This document shows positions 17,155 through 26,489 of a stretch of DNA of 64,000 bases, piece after piece; positions within the stretch are counted from its first letter, which is position 1, and the number at the start of each line of letters is the position of its first letter. The notes under the pieces were generated by a model. It was not told where the DNA came from. It was given only the letters and a program-made list of their open reading frames with translations, and did no database searches. Both the position numbers and the translations under genes were made by a program. Source of the DNA: Thermoanaerobaculia bacterium (GTDB taxonomy: Bacteria; Acidobacteriota; Thermoanaerobaculia; Multivoradales; UBA5704); contig JBGAGQ010000003.1 in assembly GCA_044226625.1 (NCBI GenBank), forward strand, positions 128,001 through 192,000, written 5' to 3'.

Positions 17155-18360
17155 ATGCAGAGTTTCGCCATCCCTCAACATCCCGTCGCCACCACCGACA
17201 AGTCGTTCGCGTCCCTGGGGCTCTCCGCCCCGATCCTCCAAGTCGTCGACTCGATCGGCTTCCAGCACCCGACGCCCATCCAGTCCGAGGTGATCCCGAT
17301 CGCGCTGTCCGGCCGCGACCTGATCGGCCTCGCCGCGACCGGCTCGGGGAAGACCGCAGCGTTCAGCTTGCCGCTCGCCGAGCGGCTCTTTCATGGACGC
17401 GGTCTACGCGGCCTGATCCTGTCGCCGACGCGCGAGCTGGCGCTTCAAACCAAGGCGTTCCTCGACCTGTTCGGTCACGATCGCCAGCTCGACACCGCCT
17501 GCCTGATCGGCGGCGTCCGCATGGGTCCCCAGTTCGACGCGCTCAAGCGGGGGCCCGACGTCGTCGTCGCGACCCCCGGGCGCCTGCTCGACCACGTCGA
17601 GCGGAGGACGCTCAAGCTCGACGCGATCGAAGAGCTGGTGCTGGACGAGGCCGATCACATGCTCGACCTCGGCTTCCTGCCGCAGGTGCAGGAGATCCTG
17701 GCGCTCCTTCCCCGCGAGCGGCACACGATGCTCTTTTCGGCGACCATGCCGCCGCCGATCGAGCGCCTCACGAAGCTGTTCTTGAAGGACCCGGCGCGGG
17801 TCGACATCCTGCCCGAGGGAGGCGCCGCGACCGGCCTCACCCACCGGCTGTACATGGTGAACGATCAGGACAAGAAGGCCTGCCTCCACGCGCTGCTCCA
17901 TCTGAACCTCGGGCGGACGTTGATCTTCATCCGCCGGAAGAGCGACGCCGAGTGGCTGACCGCGGTGCTCGAGCGGGAAGGCTTCAACGTCGGCCGCATC
18001 CACGCCGACCTCACCCAGGCGCAACGGGTCCACGAGCTGCGCAACTTCCGCGAGGGCAAGACGCGCATCCTCGTCGCGACGGGCGTCGCCGGCCGGGGCA
18101 TCGACATCCCGGAGATCGAGCACGTCATCCACTTCGACCTGCCGGAGAAAGTCGACGACTACATCCACCGCGCCGGCCGCACGGGACGCGGCGCGTTGAC
18201 CGGCCTGGTCTCCTCGATCGTAACCTGGCAGGACATCCCGACGATCCGCGAGGTCGAAGGGGTCCTCGGCTTCGAGATCCCCCGCTGCACGGTGCCCGGC
18301 GTCGAGCCGTGGGTGGAGCTCAAACCGAAGACGACGATCCGCCGTCGCCTGCTCCGCTGA
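17155..18360 (+). CDS. DEAD-box RNA helicase
   Basis: Q motif (PTPIQ), GSGKT, PTRELA, TPGR, DEAD, SAT, RGID, HRAGRTGR. Confidence 0.95.
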   Translation: MQSFAIPQHPVATTDKSFASLGLSAPILQVVDSIGFQHPTPIQSEVIPIALSGRDLIGLAATGSGKTAAFSLPLAERLFHGRGLRGLILSPTRELALQTKAFLDLFGHDRQLDTACLIGGVRMGPQFDALKRGPDVVVATPGRLLDHVERRTLKLDAIEELVLDEADHMLDLGFLPQVQEILALLPRERHTMLFSATMPPPIERLTKLFLKDPARVDILPEGGAATGLTHRLYMVNDQDKKACLHALLHLNLGRTLIFIRRKSDAEWLTAVLEREGFNVGRIHADLTQAQRVHELRNFREGKTRILVATGVAGRGIDIPEIEHVIHFDLPEKVDDYIHRAGRTGRGALTGLVSSIVTWQDIPTIREVEGVLGFEIPRCTVPGVEPWVELKPKTTIRRRLLR

Positions 18361-18373
18361 AACGCCCCCCGAA

Positions 18374-20779
18374 TCAGCCCTCGCCCACGCCGGGGATCGC
18401 GTCCCTGCGGACCGGGACCTGCCGACGGCGGTAGCCCCAAATGCCGTCGAGGCGTTCGGTTCCGGTCGTCTTCTCGAGCCCTTCGGAGACCATGCGGAAC
18501 GCCTCGACCACCCCGGGCACAATGAGGATGTGGCCGTTGCCGTCGCGCGGCATCTGCCAGCGGAAGTCCTGGAGAGACCCGAGCTCCAGCATCGCCTCCC
18601 GCAGCTCGCCGTAGAGCCCGTGCAGCCGGGCGCAGAGCGCCGCGAGGCCGCAGGTGGCGAAGAACGAATAGGGCTCGATCCGGTCGATCGCGGCCAGGAG
18701 CTCGTCTCCGGTCCGGCAGCGGACCACCTTGTCGGCGAGATCCTCCCGATCGGTCCGAGCGGTCGCGAGGATCGCGTGGGGCCGCACGTCGACGAAGCCG
18801 CCGGTCGAAAGATGGAAGTCGCGAAAATCTTCGAGCGTCCCACCCGAGCCCGCCGCGTGGCTCCTCGCGATGTGCTCTGCGATCCGCTCGGTGCGATCAC
18901 AGAGGATCTCGAACGGCGCGACGAAGAAACCGCTGCGGACGAGCGTCTCGCCGTCCCGCTCGTAGACAATCGGCGAGCCGAGCGAGGGGACGGCGTGAAC
19001 GGCTTCGAGCGCGCGGCGGAAGATCCGGAGCTGCGCCTGCGACTTGAGCGGAAACAGGCCGTCGTTCCGCCGCGGATTGAGCGCCGCGAGCTGCTCGGCG
19101 TCGTCGGCGCCGACGAGGATCTGCATCTCCCGCGCGAGGTCCTCGAACGGCCAGCGTTCCAGGATCTCGAAGGTGAGCGGCCGCGACCGCTCGAGGAGGA
19201 AGCGCTCCGGGTCGAAGCGGTCGAGGTCGACGTACGGATCGATCGCGTCGAGGTCGACCGTGCGCAACCTATGGAGCAGGATCAGCAGCGACAGCACGTG
19301 TAGTTCCCCCTGGTGCTTCGCCGAGCCGAGGTCCTGGAGCGCCATGGGCTCGAGGCCCGAGAGCTGGGAGGCGAGCAGCGGCGGCTGGTTCAGCAGATCG
19401 AAGACCTGGCGCGAGTTGTCGGTCTCGCCGAAGTAACAGACGTTGTTCTCCTCGCGAGGAAACCAGGGGGCGTTGCCGTCGTCGCCGAGCACGCCCACCG
19501 AGGCGAGCACGAGCGCGAGCTCGCTCGCGGTTGCCACGCGCATCACGCGGTAGAGCGCGTCGGTGTTGGCGACGCTGAAGAAGCCGTTTTCGCCGCTCCG
19601 GATCGAGTAGGACGGGCGCAGGACCTCGCCCGCGGCGAACCGCGCGGGACCCTCCGGCGGGTCGTCCAGCGGGATCGTGAGAGGCGGCGCCACCCGCACC
19701 ACGTGGCGCTGGGGCTTGCCGTCGTCTCCCTTGCGGTGGGCGCCCGGAAAGACCTCCTCGGCCGCGTCGTGGATCAACCGCGAGGGGCGGCCGTGGAGGG
19801 GGATCGGCTCGCGCAGCCGCACCTCGTCGATGCCGATCGCCGCCGCGGTGATCAGGATCTTCAGGCCGAGCTGGCCGTACTCGTGCGCCAGCTCCTCGGC
19901 GAACCGCTGCTTGTCGACCAGGAACTCGTCCTTCGCGCTGTGGGCGAAGCCGAGCCGGATGCTCCGCCGCTTCCCGCCACCCTTCGGATCGGGCCCTTCG
20001 TCGTACATCCCGCCGACCGCCGTGGTGTGGGCGACGAGCACTTCTTCGGCCAGCTCGCGGACCTCCGCGAGGTCGTCGCGGAACGAGTGGACGAAGGCCT
20101 CCTGAAGCTCGTCCTGCGCCGCGGCGGAAACGCCGGGGAGATGGCTCGCCACCTGCTTCAGATGCTCCTGGTGGTAGGCGATCAGGCTCGGGATCGGAAT
20201 CCCGAGGGTTACCGAGCGGAATCCCGGCCTGCCGTCGCCGTGCTTTTGGAGATAGTTGCGGAGGAAAGTCGACACGGGTCGCGACCGGCCGATCGCGGCG
20301 AGCATCGTCTCGATCGGGGAGGCGCCGCCCCCCGGAGCGAGCCCCTCGACGAACGAGCGAACGAACGCCCGGCGTTCCTCGGGAGCCACGTCCTGGATCG
20401 CGCCCAGGCCGGGCAGCGCCGTCAGGCGGAACCGCTCCAAGGCGACGAAAACCCCGCTCGCGGTGAGGAAGCCGGTCCCCACCTTCCGCGGCAGGCGATC
20501 GGCGCCGTGGCGCGTCTCGACGTGCCGGAACAGCCGGCGGGTGAAGGCCCGGATGTCGTCTTTGCCGAGCCCGGTCGCGAGCAGGATGGGCACGTCTCCG
20601 GCGCCGGGGCTGGCGACGGTCATCATCTCTTCATACATCGAGAGCATCTGGAGCAGCGCGGTGCCGCCCACCGCCCCGGTGCCGCCGATGATCGCGTGGA
20701 GGTCTCGCCACCGCTCGCCCGAGCGAGCCGCTCGGGCGAGGCGCGGCCCAAGCCGTTCCTTCTTATAGCTTCGAGTCAT
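18374..20779 (-). CDS. Hypothetical ~800 aa protein with an N-terminal Rossmann-like motif
   Basis: AIIGGTGAVGG near the N-terminus; host-like codon use; consensus promoter immediately upstream of ATG 20779. Confidence 0.75.
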   Translation of the reverse strand: MTRSYKKERLGPRLARAARSGERWRDLHAIIGGTGAVGGTALLQMLSMYEEMMTVASPGAGDVPILLATGLGKDDIRAFTRRLFRHVETRHGADRLPRKVGTGFLTASGVFVALERFRLTALPGLGAIQDVAPEERRAFVRSFVEGLAPGGGASPIETMLAAIGRSRPVSTFLRNYLQKHGDGRPGFRSVTLGIPIPSLIAYHQEHLKQVASHLPGVSAAAQDELQEAFVHSFRDDLAEVRELAEEVLVAHTTAVGGMYDEGPDPKGGGKRRSIRLGFAHSAKDEFLVDKQRFAEELAHEYGQLGLKILITAAAIGIDEVRLREPIPLHGRPSRLIHDAAEEVFPGAHRKGDDGKPQRHVVRVAPPLTIPLDDPPEGPARFAAGEVLRPSYSIRSGENGFFSVANTDALYRVMRVATASELALVLASVGVLGDDGNAPWFPREENNVCYFGETDNSRQVFDLLNQPPLLASQLSGLEPMALQDLGSAKHQGELHVLSLLILLHRLRTVDLDAIDPYVDLDRFDPERFLLERSRPLTFEILERWPFEDLAREMQILVGADDAEQLAALNPRRNDGLFPLKSQAQLRIFRRALEAVHAVPSLGSPIVYERDGETLVRSGFFVAPFEILCDRTERIAEHIARSHAAGSGGTLEDFRDFHLSTGGFVDVRPHAILATARTDREDLADKVVRCRTGDELLAAIDRIEPYSFFATCGLAALCARLHGLYGELREAMLELGSLQDFRWQMPRDGNGHILIVPGVVEAFRMVSEGLEKTTGTERLDGIWGYRRRQVPVRRDAIPGVGEG

Positions 20780-20788
20780 AGAGCGGGC

Positions 20789-20817
20789 AACGTACTTCTC
20801 GAACGCTCGCCCGTCAA
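20789..20817 (-). promoter_or_regulatory. Sigma70-type promoter
   Basis: TTGACG-17 nt-TACGTT, then 9 nt to ATG 20779. Confidence 0.65.
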
Positions 20818-21389
20818 GGGTCGCGTTCGCGGCGACTCCCCCGTCGGCCCCCTCGCCGAGTGGCGCGATCCGAGCCTTCCCGGCCAAGGCCCGCCTTTTA
20901 TCGAGTCGAGCCAAGAGAAAAAGGAAGGACCACGAGCCGCGCTCGAAGTAACGATCAACGCCCAAGATGAAGGGAAGATTAATTTTCACCCTTTTGGCGG
21001 CGAAAAACAGTTCCGGAGAGCACGCTCTCGCAAACGAATCGAATGGCCTCAAGGGCGACGAAACGGGCGGCCAATTTTCCCTATGGCCCCGCAAAAACCC
21101 TGGAACGACGGGACCTCTTGCGCGAAGCGATTCTCGCGACGTTCTTCGGTCCCTCTTTCTGCCGAACGTCGCACTATCCCTTTTCAGGACGCAAGCTACA
21201 TTCCGAAGAAAGTCAACACCGCATCGAATCTCGCAATCGGCCGCAAACCTTTCGTTTCTGGCCGCAGATAAGGAGCCGAGCCCGCTGGCTCGGTTCCGCA
21301 CGAGGCGCCTCGGCACCGACCTCATCGCGAGGACCGGGCTCGAGAACGCTTCGGGCGTGATCCAGCGAACCGTTCGGAGGATTGGCAGA

Positions 21390-22253
21390 ATGCGGAAGGG
21401 TAGCCTGAGGTTCGGTCTCGTCGTCTCCTGTGGTGTCCTGGCCCTCGCGGCCGCCGCGGCGAAAGCGGAACCGTTGCGGGAAGAGGCGGCAGCTCCCGGC
21501 CGCCGGATCGTCTACACTCCGGCTCGGGGTCACGAGTCAAAAGTTCGCCGAGCGGTGAACATCACCAACCACGGCGGCCCCACCATCACCTCCGCCAAAG
21601 TCGTCTACATCTTCTGGGGCGCGGATTTCTGCACCGGTGGCGTCGATCGCACGTATGCGACCACCCTCCAGGCGTACCGGAACCAGTTCGGCACGACCCC
21701 CGAGTACAACACCATCACCCAGTACTCGGGCATCCAGCTCGCGAACCTCGGCACCGGCACGCCCGACCTGTTCGACTGCGCGAACCCGCCGGCCAAGGTG
21801 ACCGACAACGCGGTTCGCAACAAGGTCAACGCCTACATCGCGTCCTTCGGCTTCAACGCCAGCACGATCTACGAGGTGGTGATCCCGCGCGCCTCCTACT
21901 CGTCGAGCGGCGGCAGCACCTCCTGCGGCGGTCCGCACCTCTCCTATTGCGCGTATCACAGCTGGATCGGCTCGGGAGCGAGCGCCAAGAAGTACTCGAT
22001 CCAGCCCTATCCCAGCTGCTCGGGCTGCCAGGTCGCCGGCTGGTCCGCGGTTCAGAACCAGGAGCACTTCGTCTGCCATGAGACCCGCGAAGCGGTGACC
22101 GATCCGACGGGTACCGGCTGGTACGACTCCTCGGGCGCGGAAGCCGACGACAAGTGCGCTTGGACCCCCTCACCGTTCCTCGGCACCGGCGGCTACGGTT
22201 ATCAGTACGAGTGGTCCAACGCGGCGAGCGCCTGCGTGAAGACCGTTCCCTGA
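21390..22253 (+). CDS. Secreted Cys-rich protein, Phi-1/EXORDIUM-like
   Basis: GGAGG RBS; signal peptide; NHGGP..VYIFWG, YCAYHS, HETREAVTDP, GWYD..G.E.DDKCAW. Confidence 0.7.
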   Translation: MRKGSLRFGLVVSCGVLALAAAAAKAEPLREEAAAPGRRIVYTPARGHESKVRRAVNITNHGGPTITSAKVVYIFWGADFCTGGVDRTYATTLQAYRNQFGTTPEYNTITQYSGIQLANLGTGTPDLFDCANPPAKVTDNAVRNKVNAYIASFGFNASTIYEVVIPRASYSSSGGSTSCGGPHLSYCAYHSWIGSGASAKKYSIQPYPSCSGCQVAGWSAVQNQEHFVCHETREAVTDPTGTGWYDSSGAEADDKCAWTPSPFLGTGGYGYQYEWSNAASACVKTVP

Positions 22254-22280
22254 CGGAAGCCATTTCTCGAAGAGCACCGT

Positions 22281-22312
22281 GCGGGCGGCGCGAGCCGCCC
22301 GCGTTTCGTTTT
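22281..22312 (+). terminator. Rho-independent terminator
   Basis: GCGGGCGGC-GCGA-GCCGCCCGC followed by GTTTCGTTTT. Confidence 0.75.
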
Positions 22313-22386
22313 CGGCGCATCTCGTGCGGCTCGGGCTATCCTTCCCGCGGGAGGGCTTCTCCTCCCGATATCCCGCCGGAGCCTCG

Positions 22387-23280
22387 ATGCGCCCGAATCT
22401 GTTCGCCCGAATCTCGCCGTACCTCGTCGCCGCCGCCGTCTGCCTCTCCCCCGCCCTCGCCAGCGACGACGACGGCCGGGCGGAGATGACCGCTCCGACC
22501 GAGCCTTTCCGGATCTTCGGACCGCTCTACTATGTCGGCACGAAAGACGTGACGAGCTATGCGATCGCTACGAAGGAGGGCCTCATCCTCTTGGACGGTG
22601 GGCTCCCCGAGACGGCGGCGCAGATCGAGGCGAGCCTCGGAACGCTTGGCTTGAAGCTCTCGGATACGAAGTACCTGTTGAATTCCCATTCGCACTTCGA
22701 CCATGCCGGAGGGCTCGCTACGCTCAAGAAGCGGTCGGGCGCGCGCATGGTCGCGAGCGAGCGCGACGCGGCGCAGCTCGAAGCCGGGGGTAAGGGGGAT
22801 TTCGCCTGGGGGGACGACAACACCTTTCCGCCGGTCGTAGTCGATCGTCGGATCGGCGAGGGGGACACGGTGACCCTCGGCGGCGTAACGCTCACCGCCC
22901 ACCTGACGCCCGGCCACACGAAAGGATGCACCACCTGGACGGCGAGTTTCGAAGAGAAGGGGGAAAAGCTCCGCGCGGTCTTCTACTGCTCGACGAGCGT
23001 TCCCGATCCGGAGAACTACCGGCTCGCCGGCAACCCGCGCTACCCCGAGATCGTCGCCGACTACGAGCGGAGCTTCAAAAGCCTCCGTGAGCTGCCGTGC
23101 GACCTCTTCCTCGGCGCCCACGCCTCGTTCTTCCGCCTCGAGGAGAAGGCGGCGAAGCTCCGCGCCGGCGACCGAAAAGCGTTCGTCGATCCCGCAGGCT
23201 TCCGAGCGTACGTCGACAAGAGCGAGAAGCGCTTCCGTGAGCTGCTTGCGACGCGGTCTCCATCGAAACCAAATCGTTGA
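22387..23280 (+). CDS. Subclass B3 metallo-beta-lactamase-like protein
   Basis: Signal peptide; PFRIFGPLYYVGT, SHSHFDHAGG, PGHTKGCTTW, terminal GAH ligand. Confidence 0.85.
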   Translation: MRPNLFARISPYLVAAAVCLSPALASDDDGRAEMTAPTEPFRIFGPLYYVGTKDVTSYAIATKEGLILLDGGLPETAAQIEASLGTLGLKLSDTKYLLNSHSHFDHAGGLATLKKRSGARMVASERDAAQLEAGGKGDFAWGDDNTFPPVVVDRRIGEGDTVTLGGVTLTAHLTPGHTKGCTTWTASFEEKGEKLRAVFYCSTSVPDPENYRLAGNPRYPEIVADYERSFKSLRELPCDLFLGAHASFFRLEEKAAKLRAGDRKAFVDPAGFRAYVDKSEKRFRELLATRSPSKPNR

Positions 23281-23352
23281 CTAGAGACTGCTAAATCATG
23301 GAGGCCCTCCGCCCGATCGATCCTGCTAGGTCATCCGCTTTTGCGTCCGCCT

Positions 23353-23889
23353 TCAGGCGCGCTCGTCGGGCCGGGTCACATCCGGGACGTCTTCGCCGAG
23401 TGCCGTCGCGAGGTCGATCTGATGCTCCTGCTCCTGCTTCAAGATCTCCCGTAGGTGCTCGGAGAGGGCGAATTCACCGAGCTGCTCGGCCTGACGCACC
23501 CGCACGCGATAGTTGCGGATCGTCTCGTTCTCGTTGTCCAGGTCGAAGCGCAACATGTCGACCGCCTTGTCCGAGACCTTGACCGGTTTGGGCGTCACCG
23601 TGGGCTGGCCGCCCAGATAGTCGATCTGCTTGGCGATCTCGATCGCGTGCGCCAGCTCCTCGGCCGCGTGCACTTCGAGCTCCTGGGCGATCGCCATGTA
23701 CTGCGCGCCCTTGATCACCTGGGAGTAGACGACATAAGCGATCACCGCCTGGAATTCGCGGGCGAGATCTTCGTTCAGCAGCTCGATCATCCTCTGTCGG
23801 CTGATCGGGGAATCGGCAGAATTCTCCGGTTGCGCAAGCTTTCCTTTCGATACGGCGGCAGTTTTTTTCGCGTTCGGTTTCGCGGCCAT
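23353..23889 (-). CDS. Ferritin-like (bacterioferritin/Dps-like) protein
   Basis: LNEDLARE..A...Y, EELAHA, LGGQP, ENE, EQEH di-iron ligands; AGGAGGG RBS. Confidence 0.85.
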   Translation of the reverse strand: MAAKPNAKKTAAVSKGKLAQPENSADSPISRQRMIELLNEDLAREFQAVIAYVVYSQVIKGAQYMAIAQELEVHAAEELAHAIEIAKQIDYLGGQPTVTPKPVKVSDKAVDMLRFDLDNENETIRNYRVRVRQAEQLGEFALSEHLREILKQEQEHQIDLATALGEDVPDVTRPDERA

Positions 23890-23999
23890 AGGGGCCCTCC
23901 TTGCGCCAGACTGAAGGGTGCAAAATCCGGTCCGCGCCGAAGGTCCTCCTCCCCCGCATTCCGGGGAGGATCGAGGTGGGCGCCCTTCCACCCGTCGAC

Positions 24000-24881
24000 C
24001 TACCCTCCCGCCTGCATCAACCGCACGTAACCGTCTTCGAGCCCGGGGCGAGCCGGTTCGACTTTCTCCAGGTTCCCCGGTCGCGGGCCGACCAGGCGGA
24101 GCTCGACGCCGTCGGCGTGATGGAGCATCGAGACGACGGTCCTTCCCGGCTCGGGCTCGGCGAGGCTCGGAGCCATCGCGGTCCAAACCGACCCGGCGGC
24201 GACCTCGGCGAGCGCCGCCGGGGTGCCACGAAACAGCAATCGGCCGCGCGCCAGGACCGCGAGGTCGCGGCAGGTCTGTCCGATGTCTTCGACGATGTGG
24301 GTGGAGAGGATGACCGTCCGATCGGCCGCGAGGCGGACCAACAGATTGCGAAACCGAATCCGCTCCTCCGGATCGAGCCCCGCGGTCGGCTCGTCGACGA
24401 TCAGCAGGCGTGGATCGTTGACGATCGCCTGGGCGATGCCGACCCGCCGCTTCATGCCGCCGGAAAACCCTCCCACCTTCCGATCCGCCACCTCCGTGAG
24501 CGCCACCTCGTCGAGGACCTCGGCCACGCGCTGGCGGCGCAGGTGAGGATCGTCGAGGCCCTTGAGGATAGCCATGTAATCGACGAACTGCGACGCCGTG
24601 AGCTCCGGGTAGAGCCCGAGCTCCTGCGGCAAATACCCCAGCGTCGTCTGCGTCGCCCGGCGTCCGGAAGCCGATCCGAGATCCTGGCCGAAGACGCGGA
24701 CCGATCCACCGCTCGGGCGGACGATCCCGGCGAGGATGCGCAGCAGGGTGGTCTTGCCCGCGCCGTTCGGCCCGAGCAACCCGAACATTCCGGGCGCGAT
24801 CGCGAGATCGATCCCCGCGAGCGCCTTGCGTCCCTTGGCCCCGCGGCCGTATGCCTTCTCGAGCCGTTCGATCTCGATCAT
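24000..24881 (-). CDS. ABC transporter ATP-binding protein
   Basis: GPNGAGKT, FSGGM, VDEPTAGLDP, STH. Confidence 0.95.
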   Translation of the reverse strand: MIEIERLEKAYGRGAKGRKALAGIDLAIAPGMFGLLGPNGAGKTTLLRILAGIVRPSGGSVRVFGQDLGSASGRRATQTTLGYLPQELGLYPELTASQFVDYMAILKGLDDPHLRRQRVAEVLDEVALTEVADRKVGGFSGGMKRRVGIAQAIVNDPRLLIVDEPTAGLDPEERIRFRNLLVRLAADRTVILSTHIVEDIGQTCRDLAVLARGRLLFRGTPAALAEVAAGSVWTAMAPSLAEPEPGRTVVSMLHHADGVELRLVGPRPGNLEKVEPARPGLEDGYVRLMQAGG

Positions 24882-24894
24882 GGACTGCCCATCT

Positions 24895-25569
24895 TCATAG
24901 ATACCGTTCCTTGCGACGCCAGAGCACCACGGCGAGGACCAGCAGAACCGCTGCGGCGACGGTCAGCGCGAAGCGGTTCGCCGCGAGGCTCGGGGCGTTC
25001 GGCGAAAAGACTCCATGGAAGAGAAAGAGCGGATGCGCGTTTGCCTCGAACCAACGCTTCATGAGCAGCTCTACCAGCCAGGTTCCGCCGACGAGAAACG
25101 CGCCCGTCGCGGGTTGGGCTCCGGCGAGCGCGCCCGCCGTCCCCAGTGCGACGAGAAAGAGCGTGGGGACGAGCCACATCGCCTGCAGGTCGAGCGTTCC
25201 ACCGAGCGGCGAGAAGTCGACGCCGAGCGCTCCGGCCGCGAGCTGAAGGATTCCCGCGGACAAGGCTTGGATCGAGAGGATCAGCCCCAGGCGAGCGGCG
25301 AGCGTCCGCTCCGCCCGTTCGGGAGTCGCCGCCTTGAGCTCGAACGCCGGGTCGCCGAGAAGGGCGTAGGCCGCAAGGATGCCCCCCACCAGCGGTAGCA
25401 GGAACCCGAGATAAGCGCGCGCGAGCGCGAAGCGGATGCCGGGCTGACCCATGATCCCGAGGATCGCGAGGAAGAGCACGAGGAACGCCGGGTGGAACCA
25501 CAGCGCGTCGCGGCGGTAGGTGAGCCACGCGTAACGCCATCCGGCGGTCGACAAGTAGGGCCGCCTCAC
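24895..25569 (-). CDS. ABC-2-type exporter permease
   Basis: Six hydrophobic segments; GTGA overlap with the upstream permease; adjacent to the ABC ATPase. Confidence 0.7.
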   Translation of the reverse strand: MRRPYLSTAGWRYAWLTYRRDALWFHPAFLVLFLAILGIMGQPGIRFALARAYLGFLLPLVGGILAAYALLGDPAFELKAATPERAERTLAARLGLILSIQALSAGILQLAAGALGVDFSPLGGTLDLQAMWLVPTLFLVALGTAGALAGAQPATGAFLVGGTWLVELLMKRWFEANAHPLFLFHGVFSPNAPSLAANRFALTVAAAVLLVLAVVLWRRKERYL

Positions 25570-26381
25570 GCGTTCCTCGCCCGGCGGTTCAGGAGAACGA
25601 TCACGCCGCCGAGGACCGCGAGGACGGAGCCGAAAAGGACCCCGAGATTCGCGAACGCTTCGGTCGGCGTGGAGCGCACCGTCTCGGCGGAGGTGAGCGA
25701 CGGCGGGCCGGCGAAGAACGCTTGCAAGACGAAGATCCCGCTCGGCGTGAGCAGGGTGCCGTTCAGGGTCGGGAACAGCTTCGGCGGGATGAAGTTCGCC
25801 CAAAACCAATAGCCGCAGAACAGGATTTGATAGACCGGCAGCGGCATCACGGGACAGGCGAGCGAGAAGGCGACCACGAACGCGAACGCGGGAACGGTGA
25901 TGCCGACGAACGCCGCGGGGACCGCGTAGAGCATCGCGGCGTCGGCGCGTCCGAGCGCCACCAGGACGAGCGCGATCGCCAGGACCCAGAGGATCACCGG
26001 GATCAAGGACGAGGCGAGGGCGGCGAGGAATTTCGCTCGCACGTAGGCGAAATTTGAGAGCGGCGTACTCCGTTGCAGCTCGCGAACACCAAGCCGGCCG
26101 TCGCGCTCGATTCGGTCGGCGGAGAGGATGCCGGCGATGAGCGGGAAGAAGACGTTCGCGGCGAGCAGGAACCGACCGGCGACACCCCACGCCTGCTCGC
26201 GCGAGATGACCTCTCCCCGCACCATCTCCCCGAGCGGCGGCGGCGAGAAGAGCAGCGTCGTGTAGAACGCGAACAGCAGGCCGTACGCGATCCAGAGGCT
26301 TTTCCGGCGCAGCGACATACCGAGCTCGTGGCGAAAGGCTCCGGAAGGTCGTGGCATCGGACGTTTGTTCTCCTGGTTCAC
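25566..26381 (-). CDS. ABC-2-type exporter permease
   Basis: Six TM; ADRIERD..LGVREL..STP..YVRAKF pattern. Confidence 0.75.
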   Translation of the reverse strand: MNQENKRPMPRPSGAFRHELGMSLRRKSLWIAYGLLFAFYTTLLFSPPPLGEMVRGEVISREQAWGVAGRFLLAANVFFPLIAGILSADRIERDGRLGVRELQRSTPLSNFAYVRAKFLAALASSLIPVILWVLAIALVLVALGRADAAMLYAVPAAFVGITVPAFAFVVAFSLACPVMPLPVYQILFCGYWFWANFIPPKLFPTLNGTLLTPSGIFVLQAFFAGPPSLTSAETVRSTPTEAFANLGVLFGSVLAVLGGVIVLLNRRARNA

Positions 26382-26489
26382 CGCGCTTCTAGTTTCGAGA
26401 CGACCGCCGAAGCGAAATGTTTCCGGCCGCGAGTGCCACGTCGCCCATAGAAATTCGGTCCCGAGAGATTGCAGGAGCCGACGGCGGAG

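Noticed and set aside
21080-21210. Cyclic-di-GMP-I riboswitch suggested by GCAAAAACCC and GGACGCAAGC
   Set aside because: The required P2 stem with GNRA loop and receptor cannot be assembled; an Rfam scan would settle it.
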